Source: Paragordius varius
Taxonomy: Eukaryota > Animalia > Nematomorpha
Length of the DNA: 64,000 nt
Direction: 5' to 3'
Assembly (NCBI GenBank): GCA_964247055.1
Contig: OZ176056.1
Location: 3,968,001 to 4,032,000, forward strand
In this document: in pieces, positions 25,501 to 38,646 of the stretch
Position numbering within the stretch: position 1 is the first letter of the stretch
Layout of the letters: every line of letters begins with the position of its first letter
Notes under the pieces: model-generated
Told to the model about the DNA's origin: nothing
Database searches by the model: none
Seen by the model: only the letters and a program-made list of their open reading frames with translations
Made by a program: the position numbers and the translations under genes

Positions 25501-26635
25501 GAATCGAGTAATAACTTTTCCTACCCAGGTATACGAATTCAATATAGGGTTCGTGGCCGAATAACATATATTTAAAAAATAAGGTGTTAGAGAGGTAGGG
25601 TTAATGAGTTGGGGATCTAATTAAGTGGGTTTAAACCTTACGTGAAAAATTAAAGTTGTTTCTCCCTCCTACTCAAGGAAAGCTGATCTAATTTTAAAAA
25701 ACAATATAAAGTTTCAAGTTTTATAAACCGGACTTTGCTGTGTTTAAGTGGCTCACAAAGAATAAAGGTTAGTTTTTAAATGCTAAACTTAACATAGCGA
25801 GTATTACCAGTTAACTTTGACATACGTATAAAGAGTCTCAATATACTTGTACACTTGCAACATATCATCGAAGTCCTTTGTCGGAAACATAGGATGGGAT
25901 TACGGAAGGTTTCTGCACAACGGAATTATATCGTTCATGCAGCTTGTAGAACTAGTTGATACAGTATTTAAATGATAACTCCACAAGGTTAACAAATCTT
26001 TTAGAAGAATACGACATATACAATAGTAGTGCAAAGAAAGGGAAAAACAAAAAATGCGCGTCCCATTCCAAGGCAATATAACTTTAAACACCGAATTTAA
26101 CTTTGATGCTACAGTGTGGCATTGAGAAGCAATATACCAGACATAGCTTAGCTCCTAATACTACATCAATCGTTCTATAATTATACTGTATATTCTTTAT
26201 ATAATTTTAGATAACGCTTGTTATGATGCATCGGTTTCGTTAGAGATAACAATGAGGGCCGTGAGCGAGAATACAAATTGCCGGCTGAACTTGATTATTT
26301 TATTTTTTTAAAAAAATATTACCAAAAGTTAAATCTGAATTTTTTTTATAGTGAACCAATCGCATTTCCTAGTATTTGATGCCTAAATTTTAATCTATAG
26401 TCAATATTTTTTTCCATAGTATACAAAAAGTACATATACAGCGTGAAAAAATATATTTATTTTATGATTCTCTTCTAATAGCATAAAATTTTGCTAAATT
26501 AAATAGTAAAAAATACAATTTACTAACAAAATTGAATAGTAACCGGTTTTAAATATGTGCATATAGATATATATAAAATAATATTATAACTATTAATGCT
26601 AACATGTCTAAATGACCTAATAAATAAATGTTAAT

Positions 26636-29600
26636 TTATAAGATTTTTCGGCGAGGCTTTATAGTTTCCGATATATTCCAAAGCTCATCATCAGCCAAAT
26701 GGTATTGAAAATTATCAAATATTGATATTATTTGTTCATCTTGTTTAATTTTATATGTTCTAAAAAAATTGGAAAAACAATATATAATAAAACTTGAAGT
26801 TATAAAGTTAAATTTCCAAAAGAGAACCATACTTTTTTTATTAATCTAAATTTTCTTATATAAATTATTTAATTACAAAAATAAATAATTGATTGCCAAT
26901 ATACAACAGTTTTCAATTTAAAACAAAGAGTTATTATTGAAAAAAATAAGTTTAATAAGTACAGCGGTCTCTTAAAATAATTTTTTAATCATTCCATCAT
27001 GTATTGTTCATATTATTTAAATTTTTACCGTTATAATTATAATAAAAAACAAAAAATATAGTTTTTTGATTGAAAAAAAAATAGTTTTTACTTATTTTTG
27101 AAACGCTTCAAACTATGGAGTACGGAAAAAATTTGCCAGCATTTTACGAAATTGATAAGACCGTCCGGAGTGTACGTTGGATTTCCAACATCAATGAAGG
27201 TTAAATCTTGCAAAATTAATCCTCTATAATAAAACAAATATGATTAGATAATTTAAATAAATTATTTTTCATTATTTTTTGAATCAAAAAGACGAATGAA
27301 TAATGCTATAACATACTATACACAAAGATAAGCTATATAATTTGGTAAACACCCACCCTGTTGATAGAGATTATTATTATAACAGTTATAGTAAAAAGTA
27401 ATTATTTGTTAAAATTTCAGTCGATGTTTCAAATAAGCGAAGTGATTGTGTATTCAATTTTATCTAATGATTTTAGTCCAACTAAAATTTGTTATACCCT
27501 ACAAAACTCGATGCAAAAGAGATCAAAAAAAGAAAAGATTATATCATACACATAAGGTATGCAAGGTGGGACAATTTCTGCCAATGTTTTTCGATAATTT
27601 TTGAAGGAACCCGAGCTATCCACCAACTCCCGTAAGGTTTGAAGTAAAGTCATTTCTTTATCCGTTAATTTGATTAAATTTAACATTGGAGCTGCTGGCA
27701 TTTGGGAAATTTTTTCATCTTTATTCCTGGTAGGATTTATAAATGCATTGCTATTAGTAGAGATTGCAGATGAATTTGTTGTAAAATTATCCCTCATAAA
27801 ATTTTGTGGTGTCCCAAATGATTTACGAGCAATCAAATTTGATTTGGGACTCATCACCAGTATTTCTATAAATATTATAATAAAAAAAGTAGTTGGGTCA
27901 GTATTATCGGGGTAATTGGATAAAACATGCTTTTATACATAAAGTTTTATAAAGATTTTACAAGAAAACTGGATCGCACACTTTTTCTTAAAATGCCAAG
28001 TTTAAAATCAAGAAAAATTATTATTAACATTGTTGTTTGGCGTGTAAAACAGATAAAAATTATGTAAAAACCAGCTTTTAAAAAAATAGACTAAATTTCA
28101 ATTTTATACCACTAGATGGAGATTTAGGCCTTCGGCCACGGCTAAGAGATCGTTTTCGCTGTTTGGAAGCAAAGAATGGAGATGTTTCCATTTTTGATTT
28201 ATTCCTGGACAGCAAGTTATCGGATAGCCTTCTCTGATAATTCATTCCATGATCCATAGCGGCATCACTTTTATTTGCGTTGTTGTAAGAAACTCGTTGT
28301 GATAAATTATTGTTATTTAATCTTTTGTCAAATACCCCTTGATTCCGGTTTTTATCGGGACAACAATATTTTTTGCAAGGTGAATTGCATGGGGATGGCG
28401 TAACTTTGCTATTTGAATTATCCTCCAATAACCTTGAAATGGGTGAGCTATCAAGTGCTGATAATAGGGCTAGCAGGGCATTAAAATTGTAGTATTCGTA
28501 TCGAAGGTGGCGCATAACCTTAAGGAATTTGCGATAAACCTTTAACCTAAGACCCGATATAAACTCTTGTGTAATTTGATTATTGGCATCGTCAGTATTG
28601 GTTAGATTAGGCGTAGTATTGCAAAGTGAATTAGTTAAATTATTTATATGATTGAAATTGTGTTGTGAGTCTTTTGAATTCTTTCGTCGTTTAATACCAA
28701 TCGGTGGTGCCAAAATCATAGTTCTACACCTATGTATAGATAAGAAAATTTAAATAATACAGACAAAAAGTAAAAATATAAAGACAATTTTTTTTTTTAA
28801 AAAACAATCATACTTTTTGAACCTGCTTTTTCTTTTATATAAATTAATTGATTACAATTTTAAATTTTTTTATTTTATTGGGCCAATTTAAATCTCTATT
28901 ACATACATTGCAATAAACAATGAGTAAAAAATAAATATAGTTTAAAAAGACACAAAGGTCTTTTCAAAAAATCTTTAAATTTATGCTACGTTTCATTGGT
29001 ATAATTTCAATTTTTTACTGTATAGATATGAATTTTAAAGTATCAATCTCGTAATACCAATATGAAACATCATTGAAATGTTTGGTGAAAGTTGAGAGGT
29101 TAGGTGTTAAGGTTTCGTTTCGTTTAAGAGCCCAAATCAAACATTCATTCATACTTAGGCGACAAAATAATTGTGCGTCCAAAAAGGTTAATTGTTCGGC
29201 AATATCGCGACTTTTGGCATTCAAGAACAGTTCAGTAAAATCTAGTTTTACGTGATTATATATAAATATTTTTTTTGATCAAAATTAGTTGACAAAAATG
29301 CAATGATTTATGAAATGGTGATACCTAAAATCTGAAATATACATTAAAAATGGAATTTATACGAACAAAACATAAAAATATAAAGATATATGTTTTTTTC
29401 CAAAAGTAAATCTAACTTTTTTAAACTCCATTTTTCAAATATAACTCATCGTTTGAAATGGCAAAAGTGTGTAATTGAGATGTATATTAGTAAGACAATA
29501 CATTCTATAAAATACAATTATACTTAAGTAGCTTATATAGGAAAATTAAAGTGTAGTTGTCTTTTAGAAAATATTTGTCTTTATATTTGTACGTTTTGTC

Positions 29601-30767
29601 CGTATAATTCCAATTTTTACTGTAAATCTATATATATAAAGCAATATTTTTTATAAAACTTGTTAAATATATATATATATATATATATATATACCATTTT
29701 CAAATTTAAATTTTGGTTCAGCATCTTTCCTGGCCATATAATAAGGTGAGTTGGTCAAAGGAGATGGTATCCCATTACTAATATTATTATCTGTATAATT
29801 AAAAAAATTAATTATTATTCAGAGTTATAATTTAAATGTTATATATAATTGATATATTAAAAATCAAACTTTGCGTTTTCGGTGACATTAAGGCCGGTGA
29901 AAGCGCAGTGAAATTTATCATTTTTTCAGTTTTTTCATCCATAATTGTTGATTTAGTTAAACCATTATCATTCTTCATCAATTTGATTTCAAGCTTGCCT
30001 TGGAGTATTGTAGCTAATTGAATTTCCCCAATTTCAAACATTGATTGAATTTGATGTTTCAAGGATTGTAATAATAATTTATCAGAATGACTGCCTAACA
30101 CCATTTCATTCGATTTAAATTCATTATTATTGATGGTATATTTCGTGGCATCCGTTATTTCATTGAAACTATATCAAAGTTATAAAATATTTGCTTGTAA
30201 TGGGAATTTAAAATTGCTTTTTAGAATGATTTTTTTTGCGTAATTATATTTTATATTCATAAACCTGACATCATCCAATATGCGATATAAGAAAGAAAAA
30301 GTTGAACGGTATGCCCTTTTGAAAAGTGTCGAACCATTCACACAGGCCCGTTGAAAATGAGATAAACGCTTGATAAGTAGGTCGAGTAGGACACACGGTG
30401 TCATAAATAATCGGTAAGTCAGGACAAATGCTTCCTGAAAAAGGAAATCTAGGTAATAAAGCAAAAAGTTTTTTTAAGAAATGAAACTTTAAATTGTAAT
30501 TAATATATACAATAAATAGTGAAATATTAAATATTTAGGTATTAAATTCAAAAATGACTTCTGAAATTATTTTTAAATTACTTGATATATATTAATTTTC
30601 ACGATTCATTATAAGCGAATGTTTAAAGTTAATAAAAATACCGTTTTGCATGGGACAAGTGGCATATACGATAAAGGCAATTATGCTACCAGATTGAACG
30701 AATTTCCTATGCTTACCATTCACTAATGTGCTTCTAAACAAAAAAAATTGTACATAATAAGGGTCAT

Positions 30768-30818
<51 letters not shown>

Positions 30819-33800
30819 AAATTCCAAACACCCTTTTATTAGATCGGGGGTGTAAAACATGTGACATCCCCGAGATTGCGGCATTTGAAAAATTACTTAA
30901 CAAATAGGAATTTCCATAATTTCTTATGCGAATTACTAAAGCTTAGTAAAATTGTTATTTATTTAACATTAATTTAAGTAATTTTAAATTTTGATAAGAA
31001 CTAGCAAAAATAAATGAAATTAATAGTAATTATTTAAATTGTGTTCCAAATTACATCAATAAAATAAGTTTGAAATTAATAAATTATTTATTTGCCCATT
31101 TTTTTTCGAATATAAGCCGCAAATTTATTTAATGGCCGTAATTTTGGGGATATATTGATATATCAATATTCTTGATTAAGAAAAAACTTCACAATAAAAA
31201 TTTTTATATGTTGATTTTACATATTTTTTTATTCTTTTCAATTTTTTAAAATTATTGTTATTCACGGCTTAATCAAAATCAAAAACTATATAGGAAATTT
31301 TCAAAAATTAGTAGTTATATTTTATAAATGGTAAAGGACCGGCAGGCATATATTCAATTAAATTTATTTGCTAACAAATCTACCTATAAGGCAAAGTAGA
31401 TTTTGAGGTGCAATTATCAGCAAAGTTCAAATTGCCTTCGTTGGAAGAATTAAATTGAGTTTGGGTATCTCGAAAAACCAAATCTATATCTTTGGGTACC
31501 AAATCGTATAGCGATGTTTGGTATTCAGTTTTTACCGTTTCTATAATTGTTAATAAACATTTTATTAAACAATATTAGAAAAAATACCATGCACTAAAAC
31601 ACATAATAAATAATAAATACATCAAACTTGAAACAAAATCGCAACTATATTCTACCATTATCCGTCCCGCACTAACCTACGGCACGGAATGTTGGCCCAT
31701 GACAAAGTCAAACCTTGGTAAATTCCAAAGATCAGAATCCAAAATACTCAATACAATACTTTTTGTACACAATCCTAAACTCTTTAACTTTAATAATCAA
31801 TTTGACCCTTATAAAATCCTTAATATCACTGCTCTTGATCGCTTTCTAAGAGCTAAAAGACTGAGATGGGCTGGTCACATCCATCGTAGACCACCAGATA
31901 ATTATATACATATAATGATGTCCTACTCCACACCTAGCTCAAAGCCTGGCAGACCCTTCAAAAGCTGGATCAGTACTATATATGATGATCTTACTGAGAC
32001 CAAATTAAAAATAGAAGATGCGGAAAATAGAAACAATTGGAAAACAGCAATAAAAACTTATCTCAAATCAGCTACCTTCAACTCTGAAGAACAACAGCTT
32101 TGATGATATATGTTTTTGATCTAACCTTTTTTGTGTCCCACTAAAAAAAACTAAACAATTAATTTAGCAATAAAATAATATTTAGTGCAATTAACATATA
32201 AATATCCGGATAATTATAATTAATCTAAAAATCCAGGTATGTAAAATAAATTTAGAAATTTTGTTGATATCTTAAAAGGATGACTAAAAATAAGCCTTAT
32301 AGACTTTACACTAAAAACGTTAATATAAAAAATAAATTTTCGAAGATTGGGTTATAAGAGTTTTTCAACTTAGTCATAACATAGTAGATAAATGTTTAAC
32401 AAATTCTATTTTGGATTTTAAATATAGGATTGATAATATAGGTATAAAGTTATAGTCCAATTAAACCAAAAAACCCTATCCTACGGTTTCACAAAAGGTG
32501 TTTTAAAAACAAAATTCAACAATTTTTAAACAGTGTAAGTAATTTAAATCCAATGTAAAAAACAAAATTATTAGCAGGAATATTAAATACCCGGTAAAGG
32601 TGGTTTGATATTAAAGACATTATTTTCCAAGGTATCACTATGCGTAGTTCCAGTTTTAGTAGATGATGTATTGTACGTTTCATAACTACTTGTTGAAATC
32701 GAAGATTGTCTTTTAAGTATAGGCTTAATCTACGATAAAGGCATATTCATAATGCATATAATTACAATTTCTTTCGTACAATTTCTAATTACGGTATAAA
32801 ATAAAATTATATAGACAAAACGTAAAAACATAAAGACAAATACTGTGTTTTTTTCTAAAAAACTTCTATACTTTATTTAACTTGCATTTTTAAAATATAA
32901 ATCATTTTATTGAATTTGAAAATAAGGGATAAAGATGTAAATTAATTTACACAATTGATTAAATAATTGTATGAAAAATATAAGCTTTGGTGTCTTTTGA
33001 AAAAAAATTTGTCTCTTTGAATTTTACGGTATTAATTTATTACCATAGATGATGGTTTTAGTAAAGATGATGGTGCTTTTATCATGGGTGATTTTAGCAG
33101 AGTAATTATGTCCCGTTCTTGACCTTCTAATCTTAATTTGGGTTTTTGAAGCGTAGGACTATCTATTAATTTAAAAATTTAATTATTTAGATCAGGGGGA
33201 CATTTATGCGCGGCCCGCGAAAAAATTGTAAATCCATGATTTGCAACAATATGTTCACTAAATCTTAGTAATATTGATATTCAATAAATAAATTTTGTTA
33301 AGGTATATCCAATCGGCAACGAATTAGATTGTCTTTGTAATTAACAGTTTTATGGTTAAAATCCAATAAAATACATGTAAATGCCCATATATATTTCGAG
33401 TGTGGCCCGCGAAGGCTTTTATGTTGTATACACAGCCCCTGATTTAGACAATTGAATGTTTTTGTTTTAAATGAATCTTTATTTCAAGAACCAAAAATAA
33501 GTAGAAATCTAATTAACCTTTTTGATTTAGTCTAGATACTAACGTATCATCAGAATATATGATTTTAGCATCCCTTCCCGTGAAATGAAAACTACGATTA
33601 TCGTCGATCCTATTGTGAGGTGACAAATTTTGCGGATGTAGTTGTTCTATGGTTTCTTTGGCCGAATCTGATCGACGAAGTTTATAAAGCGTAGTGTTAG
33701 ACGTGAAAGGCTCTGAAATTTTAGCTGCAGGGCGATTGTCAAGATTAATTTTATTTGAGGACGCTTTGAAATGGTAAGCATCAAATATGCGACATTCCCT

Positions 33801-36800
33801 GTCTTGAACCTCATAATTTTTGATAATATTATCGGAATAATTAGTATTGTTAAATGTTGAACCATTTTTACGGGCATTCTTAAAATTGCAAACATCTATC
33901 CTATCATAAATTTGTTCCTCCTGAGGTGGCCTTTGATTTTGTGAAGCGAGATTACGATTATTCATATTTTGTTTGGGCTTGGAGGATAGTTGGGTAAAAT
34001 CTTGAATAATATGTTCAAACAAATTTCCTTCAGTAATAATTGCATTTTGTAAGCAGGTTTGATTACTTTTTATTTGGATGTTTGGTAATAGCTTAGAAAC
34101 TTGAGGTAGCTTTTGTCGATTATTTTCATTTAATTTTGATGTCGAACTCGAAAATCGCTCATTTCTTTTGTCATTATCGAAAGGGATGGTGTTTTCCGAA
34201 AGATCAGTATATATGTTCAAGGTTTTCCAATATTTCTAAAAAAATGTTTGTTGAAAATAAAATTAAATAGAAAAATTATTTGAAAACATTTATAATCAAA
34301 AGTCTCAATTTACCTCAATATCCTTGATAAAGTATTCCGTTGATTCTCTAATGAAACTGAATGGGTCAGTGTCCATGGCTAACCCATTGTATTCACCAAT
34401 TGTTTTGACATAATTTGTTACTACAAACACGAAAAAAAAACAAAAAATAATTTTTGAAAAATAAATTTTAAAATTTCGGACATACCATTTTCAGAAATTT
34501 TGGGATGATTATTAATAATGCTGCTCTCTTTATTATTAATGGTTTCACTTTTTTTCTTGCAATCCGCTTTTCTGGGTTCTTCCTGGCCATTTGTAGGGAT
34601 TGTTTTAAAGTAATACGAATGCGTATCTTTTATATAATTCCTACCTGTTTCATGCACTTTTTTAACATAACCTATAACATCTTTATTCATTTGATGATTT
34701 TTTATGTCTTTATTACTATTATTGTTGCAATTTGGGTCAATAACTTGGTCAAAACTTTTTTTATTATTTTTATTGTTATTATTGGCTAAAAAAGAATTTG
34801 ATTGTTGTCCCAATTTTTTTGCGACACTGCCCTCGTCAAAATGAGTAGTTTTATTATGGTCCGAATTAATCGAAGCCCGGTCAAATGTAAAAATCTGACC
34901 ACTTTCTATGCTAAATACGGAGGAATCTGTATCTCTATTACCAAATAAATTGTTAAAGGTTGTATTAATGGTACTGATTGATATATTATCATCCAATGTT
35001 TGATTATTATTAAGGTTTTTGGCTGAGGTAGTATTTTGACAATCTGATGTAGAGATATTTTTGTGGTGGTTTAAATGACAACTTCTTTGAGAATCGCTAA
35101 GCTCTTGAACAGTACTCTGCATACTGGATAAAAGACGTTCAATTTCATTCTCTAAGATACAGATAGAATAAATATATTTAAAAAAACATAAAAAAGATTT
35201 TTTATTGTTTAACATAATTATTAATTGTGTACAGCGCTTTAAAACAGTATTGCTACACCCTGGAAATTACTTCATAACCATGTTGTGTAAATAAATCATA
35301 GCTAACAAATGGGGGAAGAGCACAAAACATATACTAATTTATATTTTTCCCATTTATATATATTAATTAATGAGATTGTATTTGTTTAAAGAATCTCATT
35401 TAATAACAGTTTATACAAAGTTTAATCAAAACCAACCAAGTAGGGTTAATCATTATTTTTTGATCAAACCATAATAAATTTTTTAATTGTTAACAATTTT
35501 ACCTGTTTCGCAATCAAGGGCAGCCAAATTTTTACTGTTTTCTTCACAAGTCTTTTCTTTGCAGCATTTTTCAGAACTGGAGGTGTTATTAATTTTAGGG
35601 GTAACTTTTTGCATTTGTTCATCATTGCTTTTGTTGTTATCATTAGCGGGGCGTGAAATAACATACCTTGCTTGATCAATGTTATTGGGTTGAATTCGGT
35701 TTTTAGCTTGTAAGCTATTAAGCGGTATAGGCGAAGAGGGTGGCGTAAGCACCGAAAAACAGTTTTCTGCTATTGGGTTTCTAGAAGTTAAGCTTTCTGG
35801 GGTAAAAATATTACTAATTGAAGCATTTTCCCCATAGTCATCCCTTTGTTCTAGGATAACACTATCAATTATATCACCTTCCATAAAATCAATCTTATCA
35901 TTCTCGGAATGGATCACTTTTTTATTGGGAGAATTGTTTTGGGCAGTCTTTTCATCGTTTTTACGATTAGCGTTATTGGTATTGGTATTTTCAATATCAA
36001 CAAGTCTACGATTCAATTCTTGCAAAACCTGACTGGCCTGAACGCCACGCGGTAATTTAATTTCCAGGACAGTTTTGCGCACAAGTTTAGCTTTAGCTTT
36101 TATCCGATCATTTTTTTCCGTTTTTTCGTTTCCGATATTATTAGCTTTCCTAAAAGTCCCGCCCTCTTCTTTAGATGGATTTGGGCTGGATGTCATAAAT
36201 AAGCGATGATTTGCATGTTTTTGGTTCCGCATAAAGGTTTGTAAATTAAACTCACCATTATTTATTTCTTCATTATTATCATTATTATATGTACTCTGAC
36301 TTCTGTTTTCAGAATCAGACAACATGGAATATTCCGTTAGTGTTAATACGGATGGTGTTGGACTACTATTATTCCTGTGCTCTAAATGAGGGAGAGCGAA
36401 AATTTATACATTACATTAGAAATTAAAAGATTTGTGTTAGTTTAATAATTAATAAGATTATCTTATCATGAATTGCCCGTAAAATAAACTGTATCAATTC
36501 CCAATGATCAAAAAAGCTTTATGAACGCAACATTTATTACACAACACTTACAATATATATGCATGCTTAATTTAAAATATCGTAATGTAATTAAACTGAA
36601 ATAAACTTGTATACCTCGCAAGTTGTTTTGAAACGATTGATGATTAACTTCATTATTTTTGGTAAAATTTTTTCCCTTATTCTTCTGAGTTTGCTTGGGT
36701 AATGAGTCATCTTCATTTTTTTCTTTTATCCCGCCATATTCATGCAAGCTAAATTTATGAGAATGTTCTAGCAAAGTAGGAGTTTGCACAAAGTTTAATA

Positions 36801-38137
36801 ATGAAGTATTTATATCGGATTTGGAAAAATCCCTTTTTTGCGTGCAATTTTTCTTTGCGTTTAAAAAATAGTTTTCGGGTACAAATTGTTGATGATTTTT
36901 AACAGGATTAGAGGGTTCAATTAATTTTTTGACCCAAGGTGGTACATATTTTTGTGGACATTCTGCATTTGATGGTATTTGGGAATTAGAATTCTTTTCG
37001 TGAAATACTTCTCCGTAGTTTTTGTCCGCGCTTAAATTTAATGGAGTGGGCCGTCTAATTTTAGATTTTTCCTTGTGATTATTAGTATTTTCAATTTTTT
37101 GTGTATGGTGGTTATCTAAGGATTGTTTAGGCGTGTTTGAATTACGATTATTAGCTAAAGTGATTGAACTTGAAGAGTAGCCCAGGCTTGACGATTTTTC
37201 ATAATAACTGTCTTCAGAGCTAGACATGGAAATATATAAAAATTTAGGATTAAAGACAAATTTAAAAATTGGATGAAGCGTTATTTAAAAATTTAAAAAA
37301 CGTATAAACAAAAAAGGGTTTTAGAAACATACTTCAAGTCAAACATACTATTGTTTGATGTACATTCTGTGTCTTCACTGCTAAATATCTGGGAATCACG
37401 ATTACCTGCATTCATTTTGCCTATGTCTCCAAAATCAGATGAAGTCATTTTAATTAAGGGTGGCGCATATTTTGGCTCACATAATAAATTTTTAGAGGTG
37501 GTTAAATGACCAATTTTTTCTACTTCTTTCGAAGAATTATTTCTGTTGGGTTCAAAATATTGAGAACCATCGTCATATATTGAGTTATCTGTCAGTAATA
37601 AACTATTGATGGAGGATAGAGATTGGTTGCTTTTATAATCGTCAGTATTTGCATTTTTGTCCATGCTTTTTTCATTACTATTTGCTTCAGAGGTTTTAGG
37701 GCAATTTTTATTTGCAGTTTTTACTGATTTTTCTTTTGCAAATGATATACCCTGTACAAGTCTCTATACATAAACATATATTATACTATTTACTCTAAAA
37801 ATATATTGGAACCCAATCTTATCCTTTTTCAAAGAAAATCAAGTTAAAGCCTTTAAAAATCATTAATAAGGATAACTTTAAAACATATTACATAAAATTC
37901 GGATTCCACACGTTGCAAATGCATTAAGCCGATATAATTATCTTTAGCTTTTTCATATTCCTTAATTACATTGCCATTATTCACAATTGTTTCAAAGTTA
38001 AAAGTAGTTTCGATATTTGGCAAAGTTTGAGGTGGTTGTTGAGATTCAATACTTTGATGATTGCCATAAACGCCATCACACCAGGTGACAAAAGTCACCA
38101 AATTTTCAAACAATTGTTTAGGGGACAATCTACACAC

Positions 38138-38176
<39 letters not shown>

Positions 38177-38646
38177 TTTTGTTAATTTCTTAAAAACTTT
38201 TTACCTTTAATTATAATATATTTTAAACAATAATAATTTGAAATCCATATAAACCCTAAATTTGCGGTTTATATACATTTATTTATTTTAAACAGTTACT
38301 CAATAAACCGTTATATTATGAAAAAACTCTCTTTATATATGACTCAAGGCTTTTAGTTGGCAAAATTCTTCCAAAATGTAAGTTTTGAATGTTAATAGTT
38401 TCAGAAAACTTTGAGTAATATATAAGACTAACTAAAAACCTATGGATATAAAAACTTTCGGGTGAACATGTTTCAATGTTAGCTTTAAGTTCGATAATGC
38501 AATCAAGTAGAATGGATATGGAACCGGATAGAAGGGCATTTAAGTTGCTACCCAAAACTTGTCGAATAAATGTACACACTCGAGTAAATTCTTCAACATA
38601 TGGTTCCAAAAATTTTGGTGGCGCATTTTCTTCCCCCATTTCACTT
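26636..38646 (-). CDS. RAPGEF1: Rap guanine nucleotide exchange factor C3G/RAPGEF1 orthologue, ~19 exons; further upstream exons possible
   Basis: Phase-consistent exons: 38646-38440 (LLSGSISILLDCI), 38129-37892 (LFENLVTFVTWCD), 37751-37333, 37219-36615, 36381-35503, 35151-34486, 34420-34314 (NYVKTIGEY), 34235-33518, 33162-33044, 32729-32591, ~30935-30830, 30733-30642 (VQSGSIIAFIVYAT), 30448-30265 (REM: FQEAFVLTYRLF), 30168-29870, 29790-29695, 29241-29058 (IAEQLTFLDAQLF..NDVSYW), 28729-28110 (NFNALLALLSALDSSPISRL), 27865-27550 (DSSGSFKNYR..PPCIPY), 27223-27092 (GLILQDLTFIDVGNP), 26759-26636 (HLADDELWNISETIKPR). These match C3G CDC25-domain motifs. Confidence 0.92.
31612..32110 (+). mobile_element. 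5'-truncated RTE-like non-LTR retrotransposon 3' end, antisense in a RAPGEF1 intron
   Basis: An uninterrupted frame 31612-32103 reads KSQLYSTIIRPALTYGTECW..ESKILNTI..KRLRWAGHIHR..AENRNNWK, typical of RTE-clade ORF C-termini. Confidence 0.8.
33193..33441. mobile_element. hAT (Charlie/Buster-like) MITE with 8-bp target duplication; related fragments at ~23300-23620, 24810-25000, 52251-52553, 55150, 62910-63225
   Basis: CAGGGG...CCCCTG termini, internal GGCCCGCG motifs, flanks ATTTAGAT (33185-33192) and ATTTAGAC (33442-33449). Confidence 0.75.

Noticed and set aside
34505-34789. Hydrophobic plus-strand ORFs overlapping RAPGEF1 exons (also 27670-27915, 29073-29255, 29836-30021, 38476-38721)
   Set aside because: These are antisense shadows of Asn/Lys-rich exons (AAT/AAA read as ATT/TTT) with no independent support.
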